Positions 9,200 to 18,043 of a DNA stretch of 64,000 nucleotides are shown here, one piece after another; within the stretch, counting starts at the first letter, position 1; each line of letters begins with the position of its first letter. Made by a program: the position numbers and the translations under genes. The notes below the pieces were generated by a model. It was not told the DNA's origin, made no database searches, and was given only the letters and a program-made list of their open reading frames with translations. The stretch lies in contig JBDRGY010000006.1 of NCBI GenBank assembly GCA_043817315.1, positions 18,077 through 82,076 on the forward strand, written 5' to 3'. The DNA comes from Patescibacteria group bacterium (lineage in GTDB: Bacteria; Patescibacteriota; Patescibacteriia; JBDRGY01).

Positions 9200-10610
9200 G
9201 GGTTCCCAAAATTAGATTTTGGCAGGCAATCATTAGCCCAAATAAAAACCAGATGTGCATTATATATAAAATAGAAAAAGTTTGATACTGCACCATCACG
9301 CCAAGGAAAGCACCCAAGAGGCCGATCATCATCGCCTTTAGGTAATTATTGTCTGTTATTTTAATGGCCTTGATTGACCTAATAAATAATATAATAAAGG
9401 CAGCCATCATAAAGATAAATCCTAGTATTCCGGTTTCGGTTAACAGTTCGATAAATTCATTATTAACAATCTTCCAACCACCCCCCGGTATTATGTGAGT
9501 ATAAGTAGCTACCTGCGGACCAAAACCGCCCGGCCCAATGCCAAACAGCGGGTGATCATTAAAGGCCAGGAACGCTTTTTCAAAGGTATCTATTCTTTCT
9601 AAATAGGACGGCCCGGCGAAAACTCCCCGCACATGACTGATAAAGGTCTCCCAGTTGAGGGCCCCTCCACCGATCTGGAGAAATTGCACACCGACAACGT
9701 ATAGAAGAGTAATAGTGATGATCAAAATTACGATTTTTTTCCAAGTGAAAAAACTGCGGAAGTACAGAAAGGTAATCAGCAAGATCGAGGCGATCAAGCC
9801 CAGATAACCACCGCGGGAAATTGTCAGAAAAAGATTTATGCCCAGAATAAAAATCAATATTACCAAAAACCATTTTTTGCTTTGATAAAACCGGCTGAGA
9901 AAAAGAGCGTAGATAATAGACAAAGGGATCAATAAATAATTAGCGAAATACAAAGGCTCGAGGGCGGTTGACTGAATCCTGGTAAAACCCAACACGTCCT
10001 TGGTGTAGTGGGGGCGCAAACCGGTCACTTCAGGAGCCAGGCCAACCATGTCTCCCATAAATTGATAAAGTCCGAAGATGCTTACCAAAGTAGCACTGAC
10101 CAATAACACCACCATGACTTTTTTTAGCTTCTCCTTGTCATCAATCAAATTGGCCACCAGCACCGCAATCAACATGGTAAAAGCTGTTATCAATAAGACG
10201 AAGATAGATCGATCAAGGTTGTCGGCATAAATCAAACCCACTAGGTTAACTACTAAAAATAGAACTAGCGGCAGGGTTATGGGGAAACTTCTAAATGTTA
10301 GGCGGCGGCGTGCCATCATTTTAAACAGCCAGGCCAAAAGTGTGATGCCTAAGAATACTTGGCTCAGACGTATCGTCCCCAAACTGGCTTCATAAGCTCC
10401 TAGCCTTTCGAACGGCAAAAAGAATACAATAGCTAGAAACCCTAAAAAGGGGTTCCTAAAAATCAGCAACGCCAGGAATAAAACAATGACTGCAGCCAGA
10501 ACTAGGCCAGAGGGCATAATCAGTTCAAGAAGAGCTAAGGCAATAATTAGCAAACTGGCCAGTAGATACATCTTTTTTTCTTGCTGAGGTATTTTATGGA
10601 GAAAGCTCAT
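9183..10610 (-). CDS. O-antigen ligase/Wzy_C family membrane protein
   Basis: RIQSTALEP.YFANYL, TISRGG, GIGPGGF and NNEFIELL.ETG motifs. Confidence 0.85.
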   Translation of the reverse strand: MSFLHKIPQQEKKMYLLASLLIIALALLELIMPSGLVLAAVIVLFLALLIFRNPFLGFLAIVFFLPFERLGAYEASLGTIRLSQVFLGITLLAWLFKMMARRRLTFRSFPITLPLVLFLVVNLVGLIYADNLDRSIFVLLITAFTMLIAVLVANLIDDKEKLKKVMVVLLVSATLVSIFGLYQFMGDMVGLAPEVTGLRPHYTKDVLGFTRIQSTALEPLYFANYLLIPLSIIYALFLSRFYQSKKWFLVILIFILGINLFLTISRGGYLGLIASILLITFLYFRSFFTWKKIVILIITITLLYVVGVQFLQIGGGALNWETFISHVRGVFAGPSYLERIDTFEKAFLAFNDHPLFGIGPGGFGPQVATYTHIIPGGGWKIVNNEFIELLTETGILGFIFMMAAFIILFIRSIKAIKITDNNYLKAMMIGLLGAFLGVMVQYQTFSILYIMHIWFLFGLMIACQNLILGTHEKTN

Positions 10611-11743
10611 TGTTTTTTGCGAAATAGCAATTTGTAATATTCTTCCACCATCAAATCCAGGCTAAACATTTTTTCCACTTTGAGGCGTCCCCTTTTGGCA
10701 GCCTGCCTGGCCTCTTGGTAGTTTTTATAAATATAGATAATTTTTTCGGACAAGGCGTCTGAGTTTTTGGGGGGCACCAGATATCCAGTCTCCTTCTCCT
10801 CTATAATTTCCGTAACTCCTCCCATCTGGGAAGCGACTACCGGTACTTCAAAGGCCAGTGCTTCCACTAAAGAAATGCCAAACGATTCTCTAATGGCAGA
10901 GGGCAGGGCAAAAAGGTCAAACAGAGGATACCATTTTTCAATGTTATGTTGAAAACCCACAAATTGGGTGACCTGATCAATTTCTAGCTTTTTGGCTAGC
11001 CATTCTAAATTTTTTCGAGCCCCGCCATCACCTACGATTATCAGGGAAATATTGGGAATGAGCGGTAAGGCCCGTTTAGTTGCCTGCATCAGGTATTCTA
11101 TCCCTTTTTCCGGCTCCAGGCGACAAATGGTTCCTATAATAAAACTTTTTTTAAACCTCCTTTCAAAATTGCGGCGCACAATATCTATTTTGCCTAAATC
11201 AATCCCGGGGTATATTACCTTAATATTTTTTTCTTTTACTCCGATCTCTAACAACTGGTTTTTGATCGCCTGGGAAATCGGTACTACGGTCACCAAGCGG
11301 GAGTGCCAAACATAGAGCCAGCGCCAAGGGTTTTTGGTTAACCAACGGTCAATAGTGGTATGTTCCGTCCAAAATACGCGGACACCCAGTAATTTGGCCC
11401 AGAAGGCAATCAACAACTTTTCCGTAAGGGATAAACAGTAAATAATCCTTACCTGCTTAAAAAAGCGATAATAGAAAACCGTACAAGCTAATTTGGGGAA
11501 GGTCAAAGGAGCCAGCAAGGGAAAAACAATGGCACTCCATTTGCTGACCGGTTCGAAACCAGCCCAGGTTTTTTGATTATGCCAGCCTCTTTTTTTGAAC
11601 TCTCGTAACAGGACTGGGCAACTAGAAGCCAAATAAAAATTAAAATCTTGACTAATCAAACCTCTGACCAAAGAAATGGTGTGCTTCTCTCCGCCGCCGT
11701 AGGCTGAGTCGTAGGGGAATTTTAATATCAAAACGTTAGTCAT
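10607..11743 (-). CDS. Glycosyltransferase family 4
   Basis: GGGEKH, RLEPEKG and ESFGISLVEA motifs; start set at the ATG overlapping the flippase stop. Confidence 0.92.
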   Translation of the reverse strand: MTNVLILKFPYDSAYGGGEKHTISLVRGLISQDFNFYLASSCPVLLREFKKRGWHNQKTWAGFEPVSKWSAIVFPLLAPLTFPKLACTVFYYRFFKQVRIIYCLSLTEKLLIAFWAKLLGVRVFWTEHTTIDRWLTKNPWRWLYVWHSRLVTVVPISQAIKNQLLEIGVKEKNIKVIYPGIDLGKIDIVRRNFERRFKKSFIIGTICRLEPEKGIEYLMQATKRALPLIPNISLIIVGDGGARKNLEWLAKKLEIDQVTQFVGFQHNIEKWYPLFDLFALPSAIRESFGISLVEALAFEVPVVASQMGGVTEIIEEKETGYLVPPKNSDALSEKIIYIYKNYQEARQAAKRGRLKVEKMFSLDLMVEEYYKLLFRKKQ

Positions 11744-13163
11744 CGTTTCTTTGTCCAATTATTTCCAGCACTGTCTCTTTAGAAAAACCTCGAAACAAAT
11801 AAAGAAGTGCTACATAGGCCACGCCGCCTATAATTAAGACTAAAAGGAAGTTCAGGGCTGGCAGCAGCCAAAGAATCAAGCTGGTTAGTCCGGTGGCTAG
11901 GACAATTTTACCCAGGGTTAAAAGCTCCAACTTGATCTTGGTGCTTTTTAGAACTAGCCAGATACTGCCCAAACATATCAATACTTCTGTAACTACGGTC
12001 ATCCAGGCCGCCCCGAAATAAGAAAAGCGCGGGATGAAATATAAATACCCGAGGACGGCTATAACGGCGACTGCGGCGTATATTTTTATCATTCTTTTCT
12101 GCTGACCGATAGCCACCACGGCATTGCCGAATAGATTGCCAACAAAAATTGAGGCAGTGGCGATAATTAAAATTCTTAGAACCGGACCAGAGGCTACAAA
12201 TTCATCACCAGCGATCAGTAACATTACATCTTTAGCAATAAATGCAGTGAGAACTACCATGGGAAAGGCAATCATGGCCATGAAATTAAACGATTTAGAT
12301 AATCCATTTTTAAACCGCTCCATATTTTTTTCAGCGAACGATCTGGTAAATAATGGGGTGACCAAGCCGGCGAAAATGGCCGGCAAAGTGATAAGCACTT
12401 CCAGGACCTTATAGGGGGCACCATAAATTCCCACCTCAGCCGCCGGCTTAAACAGAGATAGCATGACGGTATCGGCTTTAAAGTAAATAAGGTTTAAGCC
12501 AATCGATATAGCAATGGGCCAGCTTTCTTTGATAATCTGTTTCCAGTAGGGCCAATCGAAAGACAAACGGATTCTGATAAAGCGCCTGGAGAATAAATAG
12601 GTAGTAAAAAAATTAGCAAAGCTGCCCAGGACAACTGCCCCCAAAATGTAGAGCAGATCCAGTTTGTAGTGAATAGCTAGAAAGGTGAAAACAAGCAAGA
12701 TCACTTTACCCAGAACTTCAGTTAAGGCTACTATATTCATCTTCAGCTTTTTCTGAAATACTCCAATCAGAACTTGGTTGAGGGTAATAAATAAAATTGA
12801 CAAAGTGGTAATCAACACTCCCCACTTGACTATTGACGGATAGGGAAGGAACAAAATAATTATTGGCGCCAAACCCAAAAAGACAATTGCGGAAATTAGT
12901 CTAAGGGTAAAAATGTTAGAAACTATTTTGTTTTCCTCGGCTCCTGATTCCGATATTTTCTTCAATAGGATTATATACAATCCCATGTCAACCAAAATGC
13001 CAAAAAACTGCAGGTAGGCAATGATGGTGATATAGTGCCCGTACCCGGTCTGGCCCAAATATCGGGTCATTAAACCCACCGTCACAATGCCTAAAATTGT
13101 CGCTAAACCCTTGCCAATAATTTGGTAAAGGGTGTTGTGGGCAATTTTGCGAGTCAAAGACAT
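11736..13163 (-). CDS. Wzx/MOP-family polysaccharide flippase
   Basis: About 14 TM; RYLG..GYG, DMGL and D.VMLS.....EVGIY motifs. Confidence 0.9.
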   Translation of the reverse strand: MSLTRKIAHNTLYQIIGKGLATILGIVTVGLMTRYLGQTGYGHYITIIAYLQFFGILVDMGLYIILLKKISESGAEENKIVSNIFTLRLISAIVFLGLAPIIILFLPYPSIVKWGVLITTLSILFITLNQVLIGVFQKKLKMNIVALTEVLGKVILLVFTFLAIHYKLDLLYILGAVVLGSFANFFTTYLFSRRFIRIRLSFDWPYWKQIIKESWPIAISIGLNLIYFKADTVMLSLFKPAAEVGIYGAPYKVLEVLITLPAIFAGLVTPLFTRSFAEKNMERFKNGLSKSFNFMAMIAFPMVVLTAFIAKDVMLLIAGDEFVASGPVLRILIIATASIFVGNLFGNAVVAIGQQKRMIKIYAAVAVIAVLGYLYFIPRFSYFGAAWMTVVTEVLICLGSIWLVLKSTKIKLELLTLGKIVLATGLTSLILWLLPALNFLLVLIIGGVAYVALLYLFRGFSKETVLEIIGQRNDD

Positions 13164-13332
13164 AAAAAAAGATAAAGCTAAGCTTTAAATGAGTGTCTTG
13201 ATTTTATCAGATTTTCGGCTATTTTGAAAATGGAAATTGTATTGACTTTTTAGGAAAAATATGCTAATATAGTAATGGTAAAACATACCGGGGATAATAT
13301 TGCGTCCTTTTGCAGGCGCAATTTTTTTATCT

Positions 13333-15264
13333 ATGAAAATAAAAAGCAAAAAACAGAACTTTGTCACTTTTAAACAGTTAATTCAGATACTTCTTTTGGT
13401 AGCTTTTGTCGTAGCCGTATCTGGTATCTTACGCTTGGTGGAATCGATATTTACCGACGATGAAGTAATCGCCAAAGAGCCTGCCGAATCCATAACCTCT
13501 ACCCTGCAAACCGGTTATGTAGGTTATGGTTCCATTCTTCCGTTGCCTAATAACCCGGCAACAACTGCCCAACCACAGGTGTTGGGCATGGCTTTTGCCT
13601 CCCGAAGCGCCTCTACTGTTTGGCAGGCCAAAAACGTCGGCCAAATCGCTCCTGATATAAAGATACTACCAGGGCGCAGCCTGACCTTCTGGGTGGATTT
13701 TCAAAATGTTGGTAATACCACCTGGCGCAATGACGATGAACACTTTATCGCTATGAATGTTGACCAGCCAGCCGGCCGGCACAGTATTTTCCAGCATGAC
13801 TTTTGGTCTGAATCCTATAGGCCCTGCTCTATGTTAACTGACGAGGTTAAGCCGGGACAGGTAGGTCGTTTTCAATTCGCTATTGTGGCACCAGACAGAC
13901 CAGGCCAGTACTTGGAACAGTTCCACTTGGTAGCAGAAAATTTGATCTGGATCCCGGGTGGCAATTTTGTTTTGCCCATTACTGTCTTGCCTCATCCTCC
14001 GGCCTGGCAAGCTGAGCTAATTTACCGATCCTTTGAAGAAATCGAGATTGCGCCGGATGACGCCTTTACTTTCGAAGTAAAATTTCGTAATACCGGTACC
14101 GCCACCTGGTACAATGATGGCGATAACTTTATTGCCTTAAACCTGACCGGCCCCCCGGGTCGTCAAAGTTCTTTTCGGCATGATTTTTGGCCAGCTGATT
14201 ACCGGCCCTGTAAAATGCTAACCGATGAAGTAAGGCCTGGAGAAGTCGGTCGCTTCCGCTTTGCTATGCAAGTGCCGGATCAACCCGGTTTTTATTTCGA
14301 AGAATTTAACCTAGTAGCAGAAAACCTTATTTGGATTGAAGGAGGGTACCTGTCTTTACCCGTTACGATTAAGAACCCGACTACTCCGGCTAATGCCAAC
14401 CCGGAACAAGAAGATATTCGAGTCGGTTTATTCGATAGTGATGATTCTTTTCAATTAACTGCCAATAAGAACTTTAAAGTGGTCAATACTCACGGCACAA
14501 TTTTTGCCACCCTGGTTGGTGGTGCCCAGGTAACGGTTACTTTTGAAGATAATAAATACCATCTCGAATTACCCGGCACCACTAAAACCAGTTACTATCC
14601 TGTAAGATTTATTCCGGTCAAAGCTGAGACTATTTTTGAAATTGTCAGTTTTAAAAATGCTACTGCCTGGAATAGTGAGGTCAACGATAACCGATTTAGA
14701 GGAATTCTGGAGATTAATCACGCTGCCCCAACGGAGAAAACTTGGATAATTAACGAGCTGCCACTCGAACTTTACCTGCGCGGGGTGGCCGAGGCCGGAA
14801 ACGAAAATCCGGAAGACTACCTCAAAGCTCTGGTCATAGCTGAGCGGACCTACGCTCAGTATCATATCAACACCGGCACCAAGCACGCTGATGAGAACTT
14901 CACTGTTGATGCCACTTATGACCAGGTCTACCGAGGATATGGGTTTGAGGAGAGAGCCCATGTCATCGTAGAGTTGATTGAAGAAACTGAAGGCATGGTA
15001 GTAACCTATGATGATGAAGTAGTGGTCACCCCATATTTCTCCCGCACAGACGGACGCACCCGTTCCTGGGAAGAGGTTTGGTCTGGCGATCCCAAGCCCT
15101 GGTTGATTACAGTGCCTGACCCGGCTTGTGAGGGTATGGTAATGCTGGGCCACGGAGTCGGTATGTCAGCATATGGAGCCAGGGCCATGGCCGAAGATGG
15201 ATCAACTTACGACGAAATATTAAAATACTACTATACTGGTATCGAAATAGCAGACTTTTACTAA
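13333..15264 (+). CDS. SpoIID/LytB lytic transglycosylase with N-terminal TM and two NBR1-like Ig domains
   Basis: INELPLELYLRGVAE, LKA.VIA.RTYA, DQVYRG, GHGVGMS..GA..MA and ILKYYY motifs; internal ~110-aa duplication. Confidence 0.88.
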   Translation: MKIKSKKQNFVTFKQLIQILLLVAFVVAVSGILRLVESIFTDDEVIAKEPAESITSTLQTGYVGYGSILPLPNNPATTAQPQVLGMAFASRSASTVWQAKNVGQIAPDIKILPGRSLTFWVDFQNVGNTTWRNDDEHFIAMNVDQPAGRHSIFQHDFWSESYRPCSMLTDEVKPGQVGRFQFAIVAPDRPGQYLEQFHLVAENLIWIPGGNFVLPITVLPHPPAWQAELIYRSFEEIEIAPDDAFTFEVKFRNTGTATWYNDGDNFIALNLTGPPGRQSSFRHDFWPADYRPCKMLTDEVRPGEVGRFRFAMQVPDQPGFYFEEFNLVAENLIWIEGGYLSLPVTIKNPTTPANANPEQEDIRVGLFDSDDSFQLTANKNFKVVNTHGTIFATLVGGAQVTVTFEDNKYHLELPGTTKTSYYPVRFIPVKAETIFEIVSFKNATAWNSEVNDNRFRGILEINHAAPTEKTWIINELPLELYLRGVAEAGNENPEDYLKALVIAERTYAQYHINTGTKHADENFTVDATYDQVYRGYGFEERAHVIVELIEETEGMVVTYDDEVVVTPYFSRTDGRTRSWEEVWSGDPKPWLITVPDPACEGMVMLGHGVGMSAYGARAMAEDGSTYDEILKYYYTGIEIADFY

Positions 15265-15272
15265 TTCAAAAT

Positions 15273-15305
15273 AAAAAAGGGTGCAGCTTAAGGGCACTCT
15301 TTTTT
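15273..15305. terminator. Bidirectional intrinsic terminator
   Basis: AAAAAA-GGGTGC...GCACTC-TTTTTT between convergent genes. Confidence 0.7.
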
Positions 15306-15308
15306 GAA

Positions 15309-16334
15309 TCATTTTATCAACATAGCATCGCCAAATGAGTAAAAGCGGTATTGTTTCTTAGTGGCAATTTGGTAGCAGTCCAGAATAAAGCGACGGCCGG
15401 CCAGGGCCGAGACCAGCATCAACAAGGTTGATCTGGGCAGATGAAAGTTGGTAATCAGGGCGTCTAAATTCTTAAACTTATATCCGGGATAGATAAATAA
15501 GTTGACCCAGCCCCTAAAGCTTTTATTGGGTTTTTTTAATGCCGTCTCCAGGGTTCGGACCGAAGTAGTCCCCACTGCTATGACCCTGTTGCCTTTTTTC
15601 CTGGCAATTTTAATTCTATTAATCGTTTCCTTAGAAACCTCTACCCACTCTGGGTGCATACGATGCTTCTTTATATCTTTTACCTTAACCGGCTGGAAAG
15701 TGCCGAAGCCAACATGTAGAGTTACGTATTCTATTTGCACTCCTTGGCGTTTCAATTTATTCAATAAACTCTTGGTAAAATGCAACCCGGCAGTGGGGGC
15801 CGCTACCGAACCGACTTTATCAGCATAAACTGTTTGATAATCTCTTTTTGCTTTCTGCTTTTTGTCTTTTATTTTGATGTAGGGTGGCGTTGGTGCTTCC
15901 CCAATCTTATCTATGATTGGCCAAAAGTCCTTGGCAGATTTGTTAAGCTTGATGTGCCAAATTCCTCCTGTCAGTTGTTTAATAACTTTTCCTTCTAGAC
16001 CCTCCTTAAATTGTAATACCATTCCAGCTTTTCTGATCTTACCTCCGATTAAAACCTCCCAGGTCCGGCCTGTTAATTTTTTTAATAGAAATACCTCAAT
16101 TTTACCACCGCTTTCCTTTTTCCTGCCCTGGAGCCGGGCTGGGAATACTTTAGTATTGTTTAAAACCAATACGTCGCCTTTAACCAATAATTTTGGTAAA
16201 TCAAAAAAATGGCGGTGCCAAACTGTTTTTGTTTGGCGATCAACCACCATTAAGCGAGAATGGTCCCGGGGATAAACCGGTTTTTGAGCAATATATTGTT
16301 TGGGCAGGTTATAGTCGAATGAGGAAAGCTTCAT
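15309..16334 (-). CDS. queA: S-adenosylmethionine:tRNA ribosyltransferase-isomerase
   Basis: FDYNLP..IAQ.P, AAPTAGLHF, TNFHLPRSTL and YRFYSFGDAMLI motifs. Confidence 0.97.
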   Translation of the reverse strand: MKLSSFDYNLPKQYIAQKPVYPRDHSRLMVVDRQTKTVWHRHFFDLPKLLVKGDVLVLNNTKVFPARLQGRKKESGGKIEVFLLKKLTGRTWEVLIGGKIRKAGMVLQFKEGLEGKVIKQLTGGIWHIKLNKSAKDFWPIIDKIGEAPTPPYIKIKDKKQKAKRDYQTVYADKVGSVAAPTAGLHFTKSLLNKLKRQGVQIEYVTLHVGFGTFQPVKVKDIKKHRMHPEWVEVSKETINRIKIARKKGNRVIAVGTTSVRTLETALKKPNKSFRGWVNLFIYPGYKFKNLDALITNFHLPRSTLLMLVSALAGRRFILDCYQIATKKQYRFYSFGDAMLIK

Positions 16335-16341
16335 TTAGTTA

Positions 16342-17007
16342 CTACAGCCCGGGAATCTTGGCTATAATTTCATCGGCCGTAGAAAAAAAGTTGATTTCTG
16401 ATAAATACTCCCGCTTAAAAACACCAATGTTTATCAAAGTGTCCAAGATAGGAATCCAGTAGCTGCTGACAAATACTTGTTGAGGGGCAGATTCTTCCTT
16501 GGTAATTTTTTTGTTAATCATGTGCACCACTGAACGAATCAGAATCTGAAAAGTACCGAGTTCTCCCTGAAAAATGACAACTACTGGAGGTGAAATTGCC
16601 ATCAGCTCTACTCTGGGGGCGGGCATGTTTACAATTGCCTTGGGACCGACTTTGTTAGCGTGCGGTTTCTGCTCTGTATACAATATTCCCAGACATTTGT
16701 CTTTAACTTCTTCGGCTACCGCTTTCATGATTCCGGTATCACGACCAGCATTGATAACACAGCCTCCCCAGTCTACTACTGCTTTGGCCAGAGCTATACC
16801 GTCCAGAGCGGCCGGATGATCCAATTTTAAGCCGCCTCCCCCGTTAATGGCCACTACCAACCCCTTGCTCTCGTAAGTAATCAAAAAAGCTTTGGAAGAA
16901 TCATGAACTGTAACCCAGGATTTGGTATTTTTGACCTCGGCCTCTTGGTCAATTTTTCCTAATACCCTTACCTTTCTTTGGGCAAATAAATTTTCGGCGT
17001 GTGTCAT
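16342..17007 (-). CDS. Divergent LOG/SLOG-family nucleotide-binding protein
   Basis: Similarity by eye to the LOG pattern: VAINGG, INAG..GIMKAVA, R.E.M, ..GELGT. Confidence 0.5.
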   Translation of the reverse strand: MTHAENLFAQRKVRVLGKIDQEAEVKNTKSWVTVHDSSKAFLITYESKGLVVAINGGGGLKLDHPAALDGIALAKAVVDWGGCVINAGRDTGIMKAVAEEVKDKCLGILYTEQKPHANKVGPKAIVNMPAPRVELMAISPPVVVIFQGELGTFQILIRSVVHMINKKITKEESAPQQVFVSSYWIPILDTLINIGVFKREYLSEINFFSTADEIIAKIPGL

Positions 17008-17077
17008 ATGTTCTTAGGTTACTTATCTTGATTTTATAATAGCATAAATCTAGATTTTTCTCACAATACCCCCTGGC

Positions 17078-17105
17078 TTGACAAGATAAAAGGTGGTGTT
17101 ATTAT
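17078..17105 (+). promoter_or_regulatory. Sigma70 promoter facing a non-coding structured region
   Basis: TTGACA-16 nt-TATTAT, preceded by a TG extended -10. Confidence 0.7.
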
Positions 17106-17111
17106 AGGCTT

Positions 17112-17584
17112 GCATTCAGGTCCTGGCTCGGATCTCGAGTGGCACGAGGGGGCTAGCCTCTCATCCTTACACTGAGGGGCTAGCAAAAAGACAACAAGAG
17201 CCATTAGCTCTTTTCAATGTTTCCGCGCGTGACGTCCTATCCTCTGGGTAGATCAAGTCTGCGTTGCGGGGGTCGGCATCTGTCTCCACCGGCTGTCAGC
17301 GCTAAGGTGCTGATTGGAACGGCGGCGGGTGCGCGACGGTCGCTGCCTAGCAGTCCTGTTGGGCTGGGTGGTGACAAAAACCTGCCTCTTGGAAACCGGG
17401 GGTTGACGAGAGGCAGGGAATTTTTCTCAGCACGGACGCTGAGTGTGTAAGTAGACATCCGCGACTCTGTCGCCGCGGTTCTCTCTTGCCATCCGGCTCA
17501 GCGTCCAAAAAAATAGATCGCCGTATGGGGGAGATGGGCGATCCAAAGAGGAGCCTTCATTACTTCAGCTCCTCTATTTTTTTA
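17112..17584 (+). ncRNA. Candidate large structured ncRNA, family not recognised
   Basis: About 56% GC (hand count over 17161-17520); at least 9 hairpins whose G-U pairs favour the + strand; promoter upstream; terminator AGAGGAGC/GCTCCTCT followed by a T run. Confidence 0.55.
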
Positions 17585-17593
17585 CCTTAAATT

Positions 17594-18031
17594 TTATTCT
17601 CGGGAATAGGTGCCTATCAATTCTGCCTTGGCAATAGTATGTTCCTGTACTTTAGCGGCAAAATTATCCTTAGTGACATCAATTAATTGGTCGGTGTCTA
17701 AAGCATAAACCACAAAGACGTAATGGTGGGTACCTGCTGGAGGGCAAGGACCCCCGTAACTCTCCTTACCAAAATCATTAGCGATTTCGATAGCTCCGGT
17801 GGGCTTTTCTGCTCCTTCCTCTAGTTCGCTTTCCGAAACAGGAATGTTAATCATTACCCAGTGGACCCAATTGCCGGTAGGGGCATCAGGGTCCATGCAG
17901 GATAGGGCGAAACTTTTTGTAACTTCTGGGTACTCACTCCATTTGAGATGGGGAGACCAATCCTCGCCGTCACAAGTGTGCTTGGTGGGGATGACCTGGT
18001 CAGGCTCAAAATCGTTGGATTGTAAAATCAT
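17594..18031 (-). CDS. YbhB/YbcL (PEBP/Raf kinase inhibitor-like) protein
   Basis: DPDAP...WVHW and YGGPCPP.GTHHY.F.VYALD motifs. Confidence 0.93.
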   Translation of the reverse strand: MILQSNDFEPDQVIPTKHTCDGEDWSPHLKWSEYPEVTKSFALSCMDPDAPTGNWVHWVMINIPVSESELEEGAEKPTGAIEIANDFGKESYGGPCPPAGTHHYVFVVYALDTDQLIDVTKDNFAAKVQEHTIAKAELIGTYSRE

Positions 18032-18043
18032 AGAATAAAGACT

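Noticed and set aside
13600-14370. Tandem duplication as a possible DGR template/variable repeat pair
   Set aside because: Both copies are in-frame protein domains, the differences are not adenine-specific, and no reverse transcriptase is in the window
17217-17458. 77-aa (+) and 73-aa (-) ORFs in the GC-rich tract
   Set aside because: No SD, atypical Arg/Gly/Pro/Ser-rich composition, and better explained as by-products of GC-rich RNA structure; not fully excluded
17112-17584. Identification as tmRNA, RNase P RNA or SRP RNA
   Set aside because: No tRNA-like ends or T-loop, no GAGGAAAGTCC P4 motif and no SRP helix-8 motif found on either strand
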